NCBI GenBank assembly: GCA_030530605.1 | Contig: JAUMUO010000004.1 | Location: 14,631-78,630, forward strand | Length of the DNA: 64,000 bases | Origin: Candidatus Saccharimonadota bacterium | Lineage (GTDB): Bacteria; Patescibacteriota; Saccharimonadia; Saccharimonadales; Saccharimonadaceae | Direction of reading: 5' to 3' | Shown here: positions 41,953 through 50,728 of the stretch, one piece after another | How the letters are laid out: every line of letters begins with the position of its first letter | Numbering within the stretch: the stretch's first letter is position 1 | The notes under the pieces: model-generated | The model's input: only the letters and a program-made list of their open reading frames with translations | What the model was told of the DNA's origin: nothing | The model's database searches: none | Position numbers and translations under genes: made by a program

Positions 41953-43245
41953 ATGCGTATTACCGCAAAATTTAAGAAGAAATTTTACTTCGTAGCTGCA
42001 GGGTATTTTCGCTTTTTTGCAAATCACGCTCTGAAGCGTTGGCACCCCCGTATTATCGCTATCACCGGCTCTGTCGGTAAAACTACGATGCTACACCTAG
42101 TAGAGACCCAGCTAAAAGACGAAGCGCACTATTCCCACGATGCGAACTCGGCCTTTGGTATCGCTTTTGACCTCGTGGATCTCCGAGGCGTCACCGGTTC
42201 TAAAGCCCGCTGGTTTTACCTGATTTTTGCCGTCCCCGTTAAATCGCTTTTTGTAAAGCATAAAGAGAAGTTTTATATTGTTGAGATTGATGGTGAGCGC
42301 CCCCACGAAACCGAATTCTTGGCTACCTGGCTAAAGCCCGAGATTACCCTTTGGGTCTCTCTCGGCCGCTCTCACGCCGTCCAATACGAGCAGCAGATTA
42401 GAGATGGTATCTTTGAGAACCTCGATAAAGCCATCACCCACGAGTTTGCCACTCTCCCGGAGAACACCAGAAAAGTCATCTATATCGACGGTGATGTTCC
42501 TCTAATGGTCAAAGCCACCGAAAAGATTCTCAAAAAAGGCAAAACAAAGGCCGATGTCATCAGATATTACAAAAAAGACCTCAAAAAATACGATGTCACC
42601 CCTGATAGCACCACCTTTGAATTAAAAAGCGGCCTAAAATTCAAGTTCGCTCAACCGATGCCAAAAGACATGGCTATCCAGCTTTTAATGCTAGAAGGCC
42701 TAATGGACTATCTTAAAATTAAGATTAACACCAACCTCACCAACATGGTGGTTGCCCCCGGTAGAAGCAGCTTCTTCGAGGGTAAAAACGGCCTTAAAAT
42801 TATTGATAGCTCCTATAATGCCCACCTTATCTCCGTCCAATCTATTCTTGAAATGAGCAAGGAGATGCCAGAGAAGAAAAAGTGGTACATCATCGGTGAT
42901 ATGGTAGAACAGGGCTTTATTGAGGGTGATGAGCACGCTAAGCTAGCGGATTTAATTGCTGACGCCAAGCCTACCAAGGTTCTCCTGGTTGGCCGCCGCA
43001 CCAAGAAATACACCTACCCAAGATTAAAGGAACTAAAAGTAGACGCAGAGACTTTCTCAGATGTCAGGCCGGCCCTGAAGTATATTGAACAAAATACCAA
43101 AGGCGACGAGGTTCTGATTTTCAAAGGTTCGCAATATCTAGAGTGGATTATTGAGAAATTATTAAAAAATCCCGCGGATGCCGAGAAATTGCCCCGTCGG
43201 GAGAAAGCAGCCACCAAGCGTCGCGAAAAAAGAGGGTTAAATTAA
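41953..43245 (+). CDS. Mur ligase family protein (MurF-like)
   Basis: IIAITGSVGKTT, IIDSSYNA, IGDMVEQG, FKGSQ. Confidence 0.85.
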   Translation: MRITAKFKKKFYFVAAGYFRFFANHALKRWHPRIIAITGSVGKTTMLHLVETQLKDEAHYSHDANSAFGIAFDLVDLRGVTGSKARWFYLIFAVPVKSLFVKHKEKFYIVEIDGERPHETEFLATWLKPEITLWVSLGRSHAVQYEQQIRDGIFENLDKAITHEFATLPENTRKVIYIDGDVPLMVKATEKILKKGKTKADVIRYYKKDLKKYDVTPDSTTFELKSGLKFKFAQPMPKDMAIQLLMLEGLMDYLKIKINTNLTNMVVAPGRSSFFEGKNGLKIIDSSYNAHLISVQSILEMSKEMPEKKKWYIIGDMVEQGFIEGDEHAKLADLIADAKPTKVLLVGRRTKKYTYPRLKELKVDAETFSDVRPALKYIEQNTKGDEVLIFKGSQYLEWIIEKLLKNPADAEKLPRREKAATKRREKRGLN

Positions 43246-43253
43246 GGAGGAAT

Positions 43254-43979
43254 ATGACCACGATTTATGTTATTCACGGCTGGACTTACACTGTAGAGCC
43301 CTGGAAGCGCACCATTGCCGAGCTAAAGGAAAAGGGTATAAAGATACAGATGTTAAATGTCCCTGGTCTTACCGCGCCTTCTAACAAGGTCTGGACGATA
43401 GAGGATTATGTCAAATGGGCAGACCGCAACATCCCTAAAGATGCCATTGTCTTAGGCCATAGTAACGGGGGTCGTATCCTTCTAAACCTCCTCTCTGAAA
43501 AGCCAGGCAAGGTTAAACACCTTATCTTGGTGGATGCCGCCGGCGTATACGAAGAAAGCAAGAAAAGGGACCTCAACCGTAAGGCCTCTAAAGTGTTCGC
43601 CCCCCTTAAAAAGGTCAAGCCTCTCCGGAAAGTCTATCATAAACTACTTGGGGCCTCTGATTACGACCGTGCCCCTGAGAATATGAAGCAAACCCTTTCA
43701 AATATGCTTGATTCCGACAAAAAATTAGATATTTCCAAGGTTACCACTCCTACTACTATCCTCTGGGGCCAAAAAGATACTACCACCCCGCCCCGCCAGG
43801 CCGAAAAGATGCACGAGCTTCTGCCAAACTCCACTTTAGATTTTTATGCCAACTGGAATCACGCCCCCTATATTTCGGATCCAGCCGGTTTTGCCAGGGC
43901 TATCGCGAAAACCGTCAAAAGTGTCACCAATGTCGACCCAAGCCGCTCGCTCGCCTCTAAAACTAAGGGGGTAATTTAG
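43254..43979 (+). CDS. Alpha/beta hydrolase
   Basis: IHGW, GHSNGG nucleophile elbow, WGQKD, NHAP. Confidence 0.9.
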   Translation: MTTIYVIHGWTYTVEPWKRTIAELKEKGIKIQMLNVPGLTAPSNKVWTIEDYVKWADRNIPKDAIVLGHSNGGRILLNLLSEKPGKVKHLILVDAAGVYEESKKRDLNRKASKVFAPLKKVKPLRKVYHKLLGASDYDRAPENMKQTLSNMLDSDKKLDISKVTTPTTILWGQKDTTTPPRQAEKMHELLPNSTLDFYANWNHAPYISDPAGFARAIAKTVKSVTNVDPSRSLASKTKGVI

Positions 43980-45770
43980 GTGTATTTCCTCGGTCAGGCC
44001 TCCACATACAAGTTTACAGATGTCATAAGGCATACTTTTTCATTTGGTACAAAAAGTAATCTCAACGAACTTCGGGCCTACCTCGCCGCTCACTACGGCA
44101 CCACTAAAGACCGAGTAGCAGTTTATCACAGCGGCCGTACCGGCCTAGCTATCGCCTTGGATCGCCTCGTCCCTAAAGAATCAGAGGTCATTGTCACCGC
44201 TTTAACCTGTTACGCTGTTTATGAAGCTGTCTCCGAGGCCGGCTGTATTCCAGCTTTTGCCGATATAGATAAAGACACTATCCATTTCGGTCCAAAAGAG
44301 TTGAAAACCGCTCTCGCTTTGCACCCAGACGCAAGAGCCGTAGTCGTTCAGAATAATCTCGGTATCCCTTGTGATATCAGAGGTATTGAAAAAATCTGTA
44401 AGAAATATGGCCTAGTTTTGATAGAAGATTTGGCACATTCCATGGGGATTCATTATAAAGACGGCCGTGAAGCTGGCACCATCGGAGATGCCGTAGTTCT
44501 ATCTTTTGGTAAAGGTAAAGCCATTGATACCATCTCTGGTGGCGCGGTAATTTTCACTAGTCCAGATTCTCCAACTATTTCCCAACCTTCCCGCCGCCCG
44601 CGCCTCTCGGACCGCCTCAGAGACCGCTGGTATCCGTTTTTTGGCCTTTTAATTCGCGGCTTCTATCATATTGGAAATCTTGGCCGTCTCTTCACCAGCT
44701 TTCTCTTGAAAATCCACTTTATCCAGCGTTCCGCCGATGCCGAGCTAGAACCTCTGGACCGCATCACCTTCTGGCAAGCCAAATTGGCCCTAAAACAGAT
44801 TAAAAAGATTCCTCGCTCCGGCAGAAAGCCGATTCGTGAGCCGTTCTTTGTGGATGATAGAGAATATTTACTGAAAGAATTAGAGCGAGGAGGCTTCGTC
44901 TTTGATGATATCTGGTACAGTTGCCCGGTTTCCCCTATTAGATACTACCGCCGGGTAAATTTCCCAGAAGAGGAGTGCCCGATGGCAATTTGGGCTGCCG
45001 AGCACCTAATAAATCTCCCCACCTGGTATTCTAAAAAAGATTTGAAGCCAGCTAGGAAGCTAATTGAGCGCTATATTGTAAAAGAGGAGGATATGCCGGA
45101 TCTCTCTTTGAAACTTACCCCAGAGGCCCCTGTAAAGGCCCCAAAAGAGCCATCTAAAAAACCCGTCAACATCTCCAAAGAACCTAAAAAGACCCCGCGA
45201 AAAGCTTCTGCTGCTCGCACCCCTGTAAAGTCCGATCTAGACTTCGCCCTCGCCGAACTCCAAGTCATGCCGGAAGAAGAGCTTTATGCCGAAGACGAGG
45301 AAGATGAGTATGATGATTATTATGGGCAGGCTGGTGACCTTCGCCGGGCTGTTGAAGGGTGGTCCGAAAATGGGGTCCCCCCTGAAGAAGCTTTTTCCGA
45401 AGGAAAAAGTTCTTTAGGGGTAAATTTTCGGGACAGGACCGTCCAAAGCCAGTGGCTTTGGACGGAAAGGCAAACTCGTGCGCGAATGCGCACGAGGAAA
45501 CTTACCCCGAAACACCCGCGCGGAACGAGCCAGTCTGCTATTCAAGCAGGGGACATCAATTATTCTGAAGTAGTCTATGACAAACTGAATAAAAAGCACT
45601 TAAACCGCACTAATATCATTGACAAAAATACCAACTCTGATGGCACTTCCGTTACCTTGACCAGGGAAGAACGTTTCCCAAAGAAACCCACCACCGACAA
45701 TCTCCCCAAAATCCGTCAATATAAGAAGCCTGAAAAAGGCCCAGAAACCACCGAGGGCAAAGTATGGTAA
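43980..45770 (+). CDS. DegT/DnrJ/EryC1/StrS aminotransferase family protein with ~230-aa C-terminal extension
   Basis: SGRTGL, IEDLAHS, LSFGKGKAID..GG; family domain ends near residue 365. Confidence 0.82.
   Translation: MYFLGQASTYKFTDVIRHTFSFGTKSNLNELRAYLAAHYGTTKDRVAVYHSGRTGLAIALDRLVPKESEVIVTALTCYAVYEAVSEAGCIPAFADIDKDTIHFGPKELKTALALHPDARAVVVQNNLGIPCDIRGIEKICKKYGLVLIEDLAHSMGIHYKDGREAGTIGDAVVLSFGKGKAIDTISGGAVIFTSPDSPTISQPSRRPRLSDRLRDRWYPFFGLLIRGFYHIGNLGRLFTSFLLKIHFIQRSADAELEPLDRITFWQAKLALKQIKKIPRSGRKPIREPFFVDDREYLLKELERGGFVFDDIWYSCPVSPIRYYRRVNFPEEECPMAIWAAEHLINLPTWYSKKDLKPARKLIERYIVKEEDMPDLSLKLTPEAPVKAPKEPSKKPVNISKEPKKTPRKASAARTPVKSDLDFALAELQVMPEEELYAEDEEDEYDDYYGQAGDLRRAVEGWSENGVPPEEAFSEGKSSLGVNFRDRTVQSQWLWTERQTRARMRTRKLTPKHPRGTSQSAIQAGDINYSEVVYDKLNKKHLNRTNIIDKNTNSDGTSVTLTREERFPKKPTTDNLPKIRQYKKPEKGPETTEGKVW
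45320..45557. repeat. Multi-hairpin palindromic segment inside the DegT-like gene
   Basis: Perfect stems 45439-50/45454-65 (12 bp), 45475-83/45488-96 (9 bp), 45391-98/45402-09 (8 bp), 45417-23/45502-08; closing stem 45325-35/45529-39. Confidence 0.85.
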
Positions 45771-46795
45771 ACACCATCACAAAGCAGGATTTGCTCGTCG
45801 TCTGGGACGAAAACATCAAAAAATACCACGCTGAAGCTAATTTTCTTCAGTCCTCCTTCTGGTGTCTCACTAACGAAGCTGTTGGTCATAAGGCTATCGC
45901 CCTAGATTTTGACGCCGGCAAATGTGCCGCGCTTTGTATTATTAAAGCTGCCCGGCGTGGCCGTTATCTTGAGGTCCCGGGTGGTCCGTTAATTGACTGG
46001 TCCGACAAAAACTCCGTTGCCGAGATGATGGGAGAGCTAAAGAAGGCCGCCAAAGCCAACAAATGTGCCTTTGTTCGTCTCCGCCCCCAGCTCCTAAATA
46101 CCTCTGGAAATCTCAAATTGCTAAAAAATTTAGGCTTAAAACCCTCCCCGATGCATCTTCATGCCGAGCACACCGTGATTATAGACCTCAAAAAATCAGA
46201 AAATGAGCTACTTGGCGATATGCGCCGCCAAACCCGTTACGAGGTCCGTCGCGCCGAGAAATTAAAGCTCAAAGTAGACAGCCTTTCTGCCGACAATAAA
46301 CATTTCAAGGAGCTGCTTGATGAATTTTACAAAACCCAACAACAGACTGCCTCGCGCCAGCACTTCATCCCGCCTAGCAAGAAAGATCTTGAAGCCGAAT
46401 GTGGCGCTTTCGGCAAAAATGCCAGCCTTTATGTCGCCCGCACCGAAGAGGGTGAGCCAGTAGCCTACGGCTTAATCTTAAAATATGGCAAGGAAGCGGA
46501 TTATTTTGAGGCTGCCAGCACCGACCTAAATCGCAAACTCCCTGGAGCCTACGCTCTACTCTGGCAAGCTATGAAGGACCTAAAAGCCGAGGGTTATGAA
46601 CGTTTTAACCTCTGGGGTATCGCTCCAGCCGGCCAACCTAACCACCGCTATGCCAAAGTTACCACCTTCAAAACCGGCTTTGGTGGCGAAATTGTCAATT
46701 TCGTTCCTGCCCACGACCTAGTCATCTCCAAAGTCAAATACCTTCCCGACCTTTTAATCGAAACCGCCAGGAAACACCACCGCCACTTGGGCTAG
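45764..46795 (+). CDS. FemABX family peptidoglycan peptidyltransferase
   Basis: ANFLQSSFW, GGPLIDW, RRQTRYEVRRA, FNLWGI, FKTGFGG. Confidence 0.9.
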   Translation: MVNTITKQDLLVVWDENIKKYHAEANFLQSSFWCLTNEAVGHKAIALDFDAGKCAALCIIKAARRGRYLEVPGGPLIDWSDKNSVAEMMGELKKAAKANKCAFVRLRPQLLNTSGNLKLLKNLGLKPSPMHLHAEHTVIIDLKKSENELLGDMRRQTRYEVRRAEKLKLKVDSLSADNKHFKELLDEFYKTQQQTASRQHFIPPSKKDLEAECGAFGKNASLYVARTEEGEPVAYGLILKYGKEADYFEAASTDLNRKLPGAYALLWQAMKDLKAEGYERFNLWGIAPAGQPNHRYAKVTTFKTGFGGEIVNFVPAHDLVISKVKYLPDLLIETARKHHRHLG

Positions 46796-46813
46796 ACGTG
46801 GTATAATTAAATT

Positions 46814-47842
46814 ATGTCGAAGTATACTTTTGAAGATTGTAATGATAAAAAGCTTTGGGATGATTTTGTCACCAGTTTTCCAGAGGCAAATTTCCTTCAA
46901 TCTTTTGATTTCTATGAATTTCACAAGAGCCGTGGCAACGAGATTGTCCGCCGTCTAGCTAAGGACGGCGATAAAATTGTCGCAGCCTATGCCGGGGTAG
47001 TTGAGCACGCAAAACGCGGTCGTCACCTGGCGATTGCTGGTGGCCCGATTCTAGACTGGAAAAATAAATCGCTTAGAGATGCGGTATTTGAAGATATTAA
47101 AGAGGGTGGCAAGAAGAATAACTGTGTCTTTGTCCGTATCCGTCCACAACTAGAGCTCTCCGATAAATCCCTAGCCCTGTTTGAAAAAGAACTAAAAACC
47201 AAAAAAGCTCCAATGTATCTTTCGGTGGAGTTCGCCGGAATACTAGATTTGACCAAATCCGAAGATGAAATTTTAGCCGGTATGCGCCAGAGATTGCGCC
47301 GGGCCCTTAGAAAAGCCGCCAAGAATAATATCACTGTCGAAAAGTCCACCGACCCCAAAGATATCAAGACTTTTTATGATATCCAGCTCCAGACCGCAAA
47401 AAGACACGATTTCTTTGCCTTCTCGGAGGATTTTCTAACTAAACAATTTGCCGCTTTCGCCCCTAATGGCGAGGCCGTGCTTTACACTGCTAAATATAAC
47501 GGCGAAATTCTAGCCCAAAACTTTATGATTTTCTACGGCAACGAGGCCTCTTATCACTATGGCGTTTCGTCCGAGCTTGGCACTAAACTCTCCGGCGCTC
47601 CACTGCTTCATATGGAGGCGATGCGAGATGCTAGGGAACGTGGAATTAACAGATATAATTTCTGGGGCATTGTGGACGAAGATGATACTAAACACCGCTT
47701 CTATGGGGTGTCCTGCTTCAAGCGCGGCTTTGGGGTGACCGAGCTAAAATACGTCCCGGCCCACGATTTAATCTTAAAACCAGCTGCCTACAGAAAGACT
47801 TTGGCTATTGAGACTCTCCGCCGCCATCTCCGCCACGTCTAA
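46814..47842 (+). CDS. FemABX family peptidoglycan peptidyltransferase (second paralog)
   Basis: ANFLQSFDF, GGPILDW, YHYG.S, YNFWGI, FKRGFG. Confidence 0.9.
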   Translation: MSKYTFEDCNDKKLWDDFVTSFPEANFLQSFDFYEFHKSRGNEIVRRLAKDGDKIVAAYAGVVEHAKRGRHLAIAGGPILDWKNKSLRDAVFEDIKEGGKKNNCVFVRIRPQLELSDKSLALFEKELKTKKAPMYLSVEFAGILDLTKSEDEILAGMRQRLRRALRKAAKNNITVEKSTDPKDIKTFYDIQLQTAKRHDFFAFSEDFLTKQFAAFAPNGEAVLYTAKYNGEILAQNFMIFYGNEASYHYGVSSELGTKLSGAPLLHMEAMRDARERGINRYNFWGIVDEDDTKHRFYGVSCFKRGFGVTELKYVPAHDLILKPAAYRKTLAIETLRRHLRHV

Positions 47843-47919
47843 CTTGTAAAAATAGATATTTTATGTTATAATACAAGTAGTGTTAGCTCTTTAATTTTTA
47901 TTCCAAAGGGGGTGAAAAA

Positions 47920-48546
47920 ATGGAATCTGTGAAAGTAGCAAATTTTTGGGCTAAGTTGTCCTGCCCGAAATGGGACAAGTTTAGACCTCTTCGGCATTTT
48001 GCCAGGAACAGATATCGTAAATTGGCCCAGAAATGCTGGGAGTCTGAAGTTTGGCAGAGAAAGATTAAGCAATATAAGTCCGGCAACTGGAACATTGACA
48101 CCTATCCCGGACCTTACTACCATCAATACTTTGCTGACTGGGAAGAGAATGATAGCCCAGAAGGTTACAACCTGATTAGCGACCAGAGTAACTGCGTCAT
48201 CAAATATTCCACCAGCTATTGTGCCTGGAAGATATTTGAGGCGACTGGCGTCTGGCCCCAAAAAATTAGCAAAGAAAGGCTTGATGCCAAACGCTGGGTT
48301 CAGTTTTTGGCCGAGGCCGGCTACACCGAGGTCGTAAAAGATCTTGACCCCAGATATTACTATGTTGGCATTAACCCCGATATCGGAGAATGGGGGCTGG
48401 TCGTCTGGCTGGAAAGTATTGAGGATAAAGATGAGGTAATTGTATCATCATATCCTGACAAGAGGCACCAGTGGTGGGCAACCGAGAAAGATGCCTACAC
48501 TTGGGTGAAAATCTGCCCAAGACCTTCCAAACAAAGCGATGCTTAA
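47920..48546 (+). CDS. Hypothetical protein, possibly degenerate CHAP-like domain
   Basis: Own TGT-TATAAT, SD-like AGGGG and terminator; YSTSYCAWK / LDAKRW / GEWGLVVWLE resemble CHAP blocks without the catalytic Cys/His. Confidence 0.6.
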   Translation: MESVKVANFWAKLSCPKWDKFRPLRHFARNRYRKLAQKCWESEVWQRKIKQYKSGNWNIDTYPGPYYHQYFADWEENDSPEGYNLISDQSNCVIKYSTSYCAWKIFEATGVWPQKISKERLDAKRWVQFLAEAGYTEVVKDLDPRYYYVGINPDIGEWGLVVWLESIEDKDEVIVSSYPDKRHQWWATEKDAYTWVKICPRPSKQSDA

Positions 48547-48562
48547 AATAGCATCGCTTTTT
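48533..48562 (+). terminator. Intrinsic terminator overlapping stop codon
   Basis: AAAGCGATGCT-TAAAAT-AGCATCGCTTT(TT). Confidence 0.8.
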
Positions 48563-48621
48563 CTTTCTAAAGTTAACAAACTGTGCTATAATAAACATAA
48601 CAATAAAGTGGAGATAATATT

Positions 48622-49281
48622 ATGTCAAACCGTAAGGTCAGAAAATACATTGAGTCGCATTGGCTCATCTTTGCCCTTCAAGGGATAGTCGGGCTACTTT
48701 TCGGGTGGTTCGTTATGTTTACCAACATCGACAAAGTCAGCACACTTGTCATCATCGCCGGCATCACCTTGCTTGTGCTTGGGGTAATAGACCTCGCCAA
48801 CCTAATCTACCGCAAACGCCGCCAGCAAAACTGGGGCCTTGCTCTTATTTTAGGGATACTGAACTTCGGTATCGGCCTTGCGCTTCTCTTCACTAAAGAT
48901 TTAAACGTCGCCTGGGCCTTGAGCTTACTGGCTGGCTACACCATCTTCTGCGGCGTCTTTGAAATCTTGCTCGGGTTCAAATCTCTCTCCGACCCGACCG
49001 ACCGCTTTATGTGGATTGTTTGTGGCATCTGTGCCTGTATTCTTGGCTTTGTCGTTCTCAACTCTGGCCACTTTGAAAACCCCACTACCTTCATTAAGTT
49101 CTTCGGTACTTACACTATGATTTATGGCATCACCGCCTTAATCTATGCCGTTCATAACAAGAACGAGCTCGCCGAGGAAAAAGAAGAACGCCGTCTCGCT
49201 CGTGAGCGCCGTAAAAAAGAAGCCGAAAAGCGGAACAGGAATCCTCTTTCTCGTATCTTCAAATCTATTAAAAAGAAGTAG
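48622..49281 (+). CDS. HdeD/DUF308 family membrane protein
   Basis: Six hydrophobic segments with W..F.LQGI.GLLFG and GI.EI..G pattern; basic C-tail. Confidence 0.8.
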   Translation: MSNRKVRKYIESHWLIFALQGIVGLLFGWFVMFTNIDKVSTLVIIAGITLLVLGVIDLANLIYRKRRQQNWGLALILGILNFGIGLALLFTKDLNVAWALSLLAGYTIFCGVFEILLGFKSLSDPTDRFMWIVCGICACILGFVVLNSGHFENPTTFIKFFGTYTMIYGITALIYAVHNKNELAEEKEERRLARERRKKEAEKRNRNPLSRIFKSIKKK

Positions 49282-49312
49282 GGTGTGCTATAATAAAGTC
49301 TCAAGGAGTTTT

Positions 49313-50155
49313 ATGAAATACCAACTACCAAAAAAAGCTATTATCACTGATGCTGGCTTTGCTAGCCGGTACCTGCCTATTACTAAAGTTATTCCAAAAG
49401 CGATGCTCCCGATGGGCGCCAAGCCAATCATGCAACTCTGTGTTGAAGAATGTATCGCCGCTAGCATTGAGGAGATTATTATCGTCGCCACTCCTGCTGG
49501 TCGCCCGATTTATGACGATTATTTCCACAAAGAGGTCCCTCAAATCAAAGCCTTGCTTGAAAAACAGGGTAAAGCGGACCGCTACGAGCCAGTTCGTGAG
49601 GTCCTAGAAGATTTCCCGAAGATCACTGTCATTGAGCAAGATCCTAATCTCCCTTATGGCAACGGCTCCCCAATTGCTTCCGCTAGAGAATTTATCAACG
49701 ACGACGAGGCTTTCGTAGTACTATACTCGGACGATGTCGTCTTTGGTACCTCTGATGTTAAAACTTTGATTGAATCTTACGAAAACCACGAAGATGCCGA
49801 GGCTATCATCATCGCCCAGGAAATGCCACGCGAAGTCCTCAATAAATACGGTATCATTCGCCTCAAGAACGAGGAAGATATGACCCTTGAAAATATCGTT
49901 GAAAAGCCGGCCATTGAAGATGCCCCGTCTAACCTCACTAGCTATGGTCGCTATCTCCTAACTCCGGAAGTTTTCCAGTATTTGAATCCTGATAACACCG
50001 GTCTTGATGGCGAACTTTGGACCGTCGATGCCATCACCGACCTCACCAAAGACGGCCCGGTTTACGTTGAGAAAACCAAGGGAACTTGGATGACCACTGG
50101 CGACCCCAAAAATTACGCGGCCGCCTGCGCATATTATAATAAGGAGAATCTATAA
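49313..50155 (+). CDS. UTP--glucose-1-phosphate uridylyltransferase family
   Basis: KAIITDAGFASRYLPITKVIPKAMLP, EQ..PYGNG, VEKP, GRYLL; start ATG 49313 after AAGGAG. Confidence 0.88.
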   Translation: MKYQLPKKAIITDAGFASRYLPITKVIPKAMLPMGAKPIMQLCVEECIAASIEEIIIVATPAGRPIYDDYFHKEVPQIKALLEKQGKADRYEPVREVLEDFPKITVIEQDPNLPYGNGSPIASAREFINDDEAFVVLYSDDVVFGTSDVKTLIESYENHEDAEAIIIAQEMPREVLNKYGIIRLKNEEDMTLENIVEKPAIEDAPSNLTSYGRYLLTPEVFQYLNPDNTGLDGELWTVDAITDLTKDGPVYVEKTKGTWMTTGDPKNYAAACAYYNKENL

Positions 50156-50415
50156 TGAACACTGCTGAATGGATTATTATGATAATTTTAGCCGCTACAC
50201 TCTTTATCTTCCTTTTAATCGGCATTATCGTACTCGTAAAAATCTCTAAATTAATCAAAGAAACTCGCCGCTTCATTGAAACCGGTCAAGAATTCGCCGA
50301 TAAAGCCTCTGGCGTCGCTGGCAATCTTTATGAAATGACCCTGGTTGGAAGCATAAGCGGTCTTGCCAAACGCATTAAAAAGCAATATAATAAGTTTAAG
50401 AAAAGCGAAGATTAA
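50155..50415 (+). CDS. Small single-TM protein (DUF948/YtxG-like)
   Basis: N-terminal TM followed by helical region; precedes YtxH-like gene. Confidence 0.6.
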   Translation: MNTAEWIIMIILAATLFIFLLIGIIVLVKISKLIKETRRFIETGQEFADKASGVAGNLYEMTLVGSISGLAKRIKKQYNKFKKSED

Positions 50416-50430
50416 TAAGAAAGGTGGGAT

Positions 50431-50676
50431 ATGACATCCAAGAAAAAACATCGTTTTCTACTCGGCGCCCTAGTCGGTGCTACTGCTGGCATCTTGCTAG
50501 CGCCAAAGTCCGGTAAAGAAACTCGAGCCGACATCAAAAAAGGTGGCAAAAAGGCTTACAAGAAGGCCCGTGCCACTGGTGCCAAGACCGTCGCCCAGGC
50601 TAAAAAAGTCAAGCGCACTGTCACCCGTGACGCCAAAAAGGCCGCAAAAAGCGTTAGCCACACTAAAAAGAAATAA
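50431..50676 (+). CDS. YtxH domain protein
   Basis: FLLGALVGATAGILLAPKSGKETR signature. Confidence 0.9.
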   Translation: MTSKKKHRFLLGALVGATAGILLAPKSGKETRADIKKGGKKAYKKARATGAKTVAQAKKVKRTVTRDAKKAAKSVSHTKKK

Positions 50677-50677
50677 C

Positions 50678-50704
50678 AAAATCGGCCCTTCGAGGCCATT
50701 TTTT
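50678..50704 (+). terminator. Intrinsic terminator
   Basis: AAAATCGGCC-CTTCGA-GGCCATTTTTT. Confidence 0.7.
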
Positions 50705-50728
50705 GTTGAAAAATGTTATAATAGTACT

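Noticed and set aside
50543-50728. N-terminal extensions of dnaE (and similarly of rsmD 11993, the galU-like gene 49145, tig 17926, rpiB 21384, rpe 21832)
   Set aside because: Extensions cross upstream genes, terminators or -10 boxes; downstream ATGs fit better.
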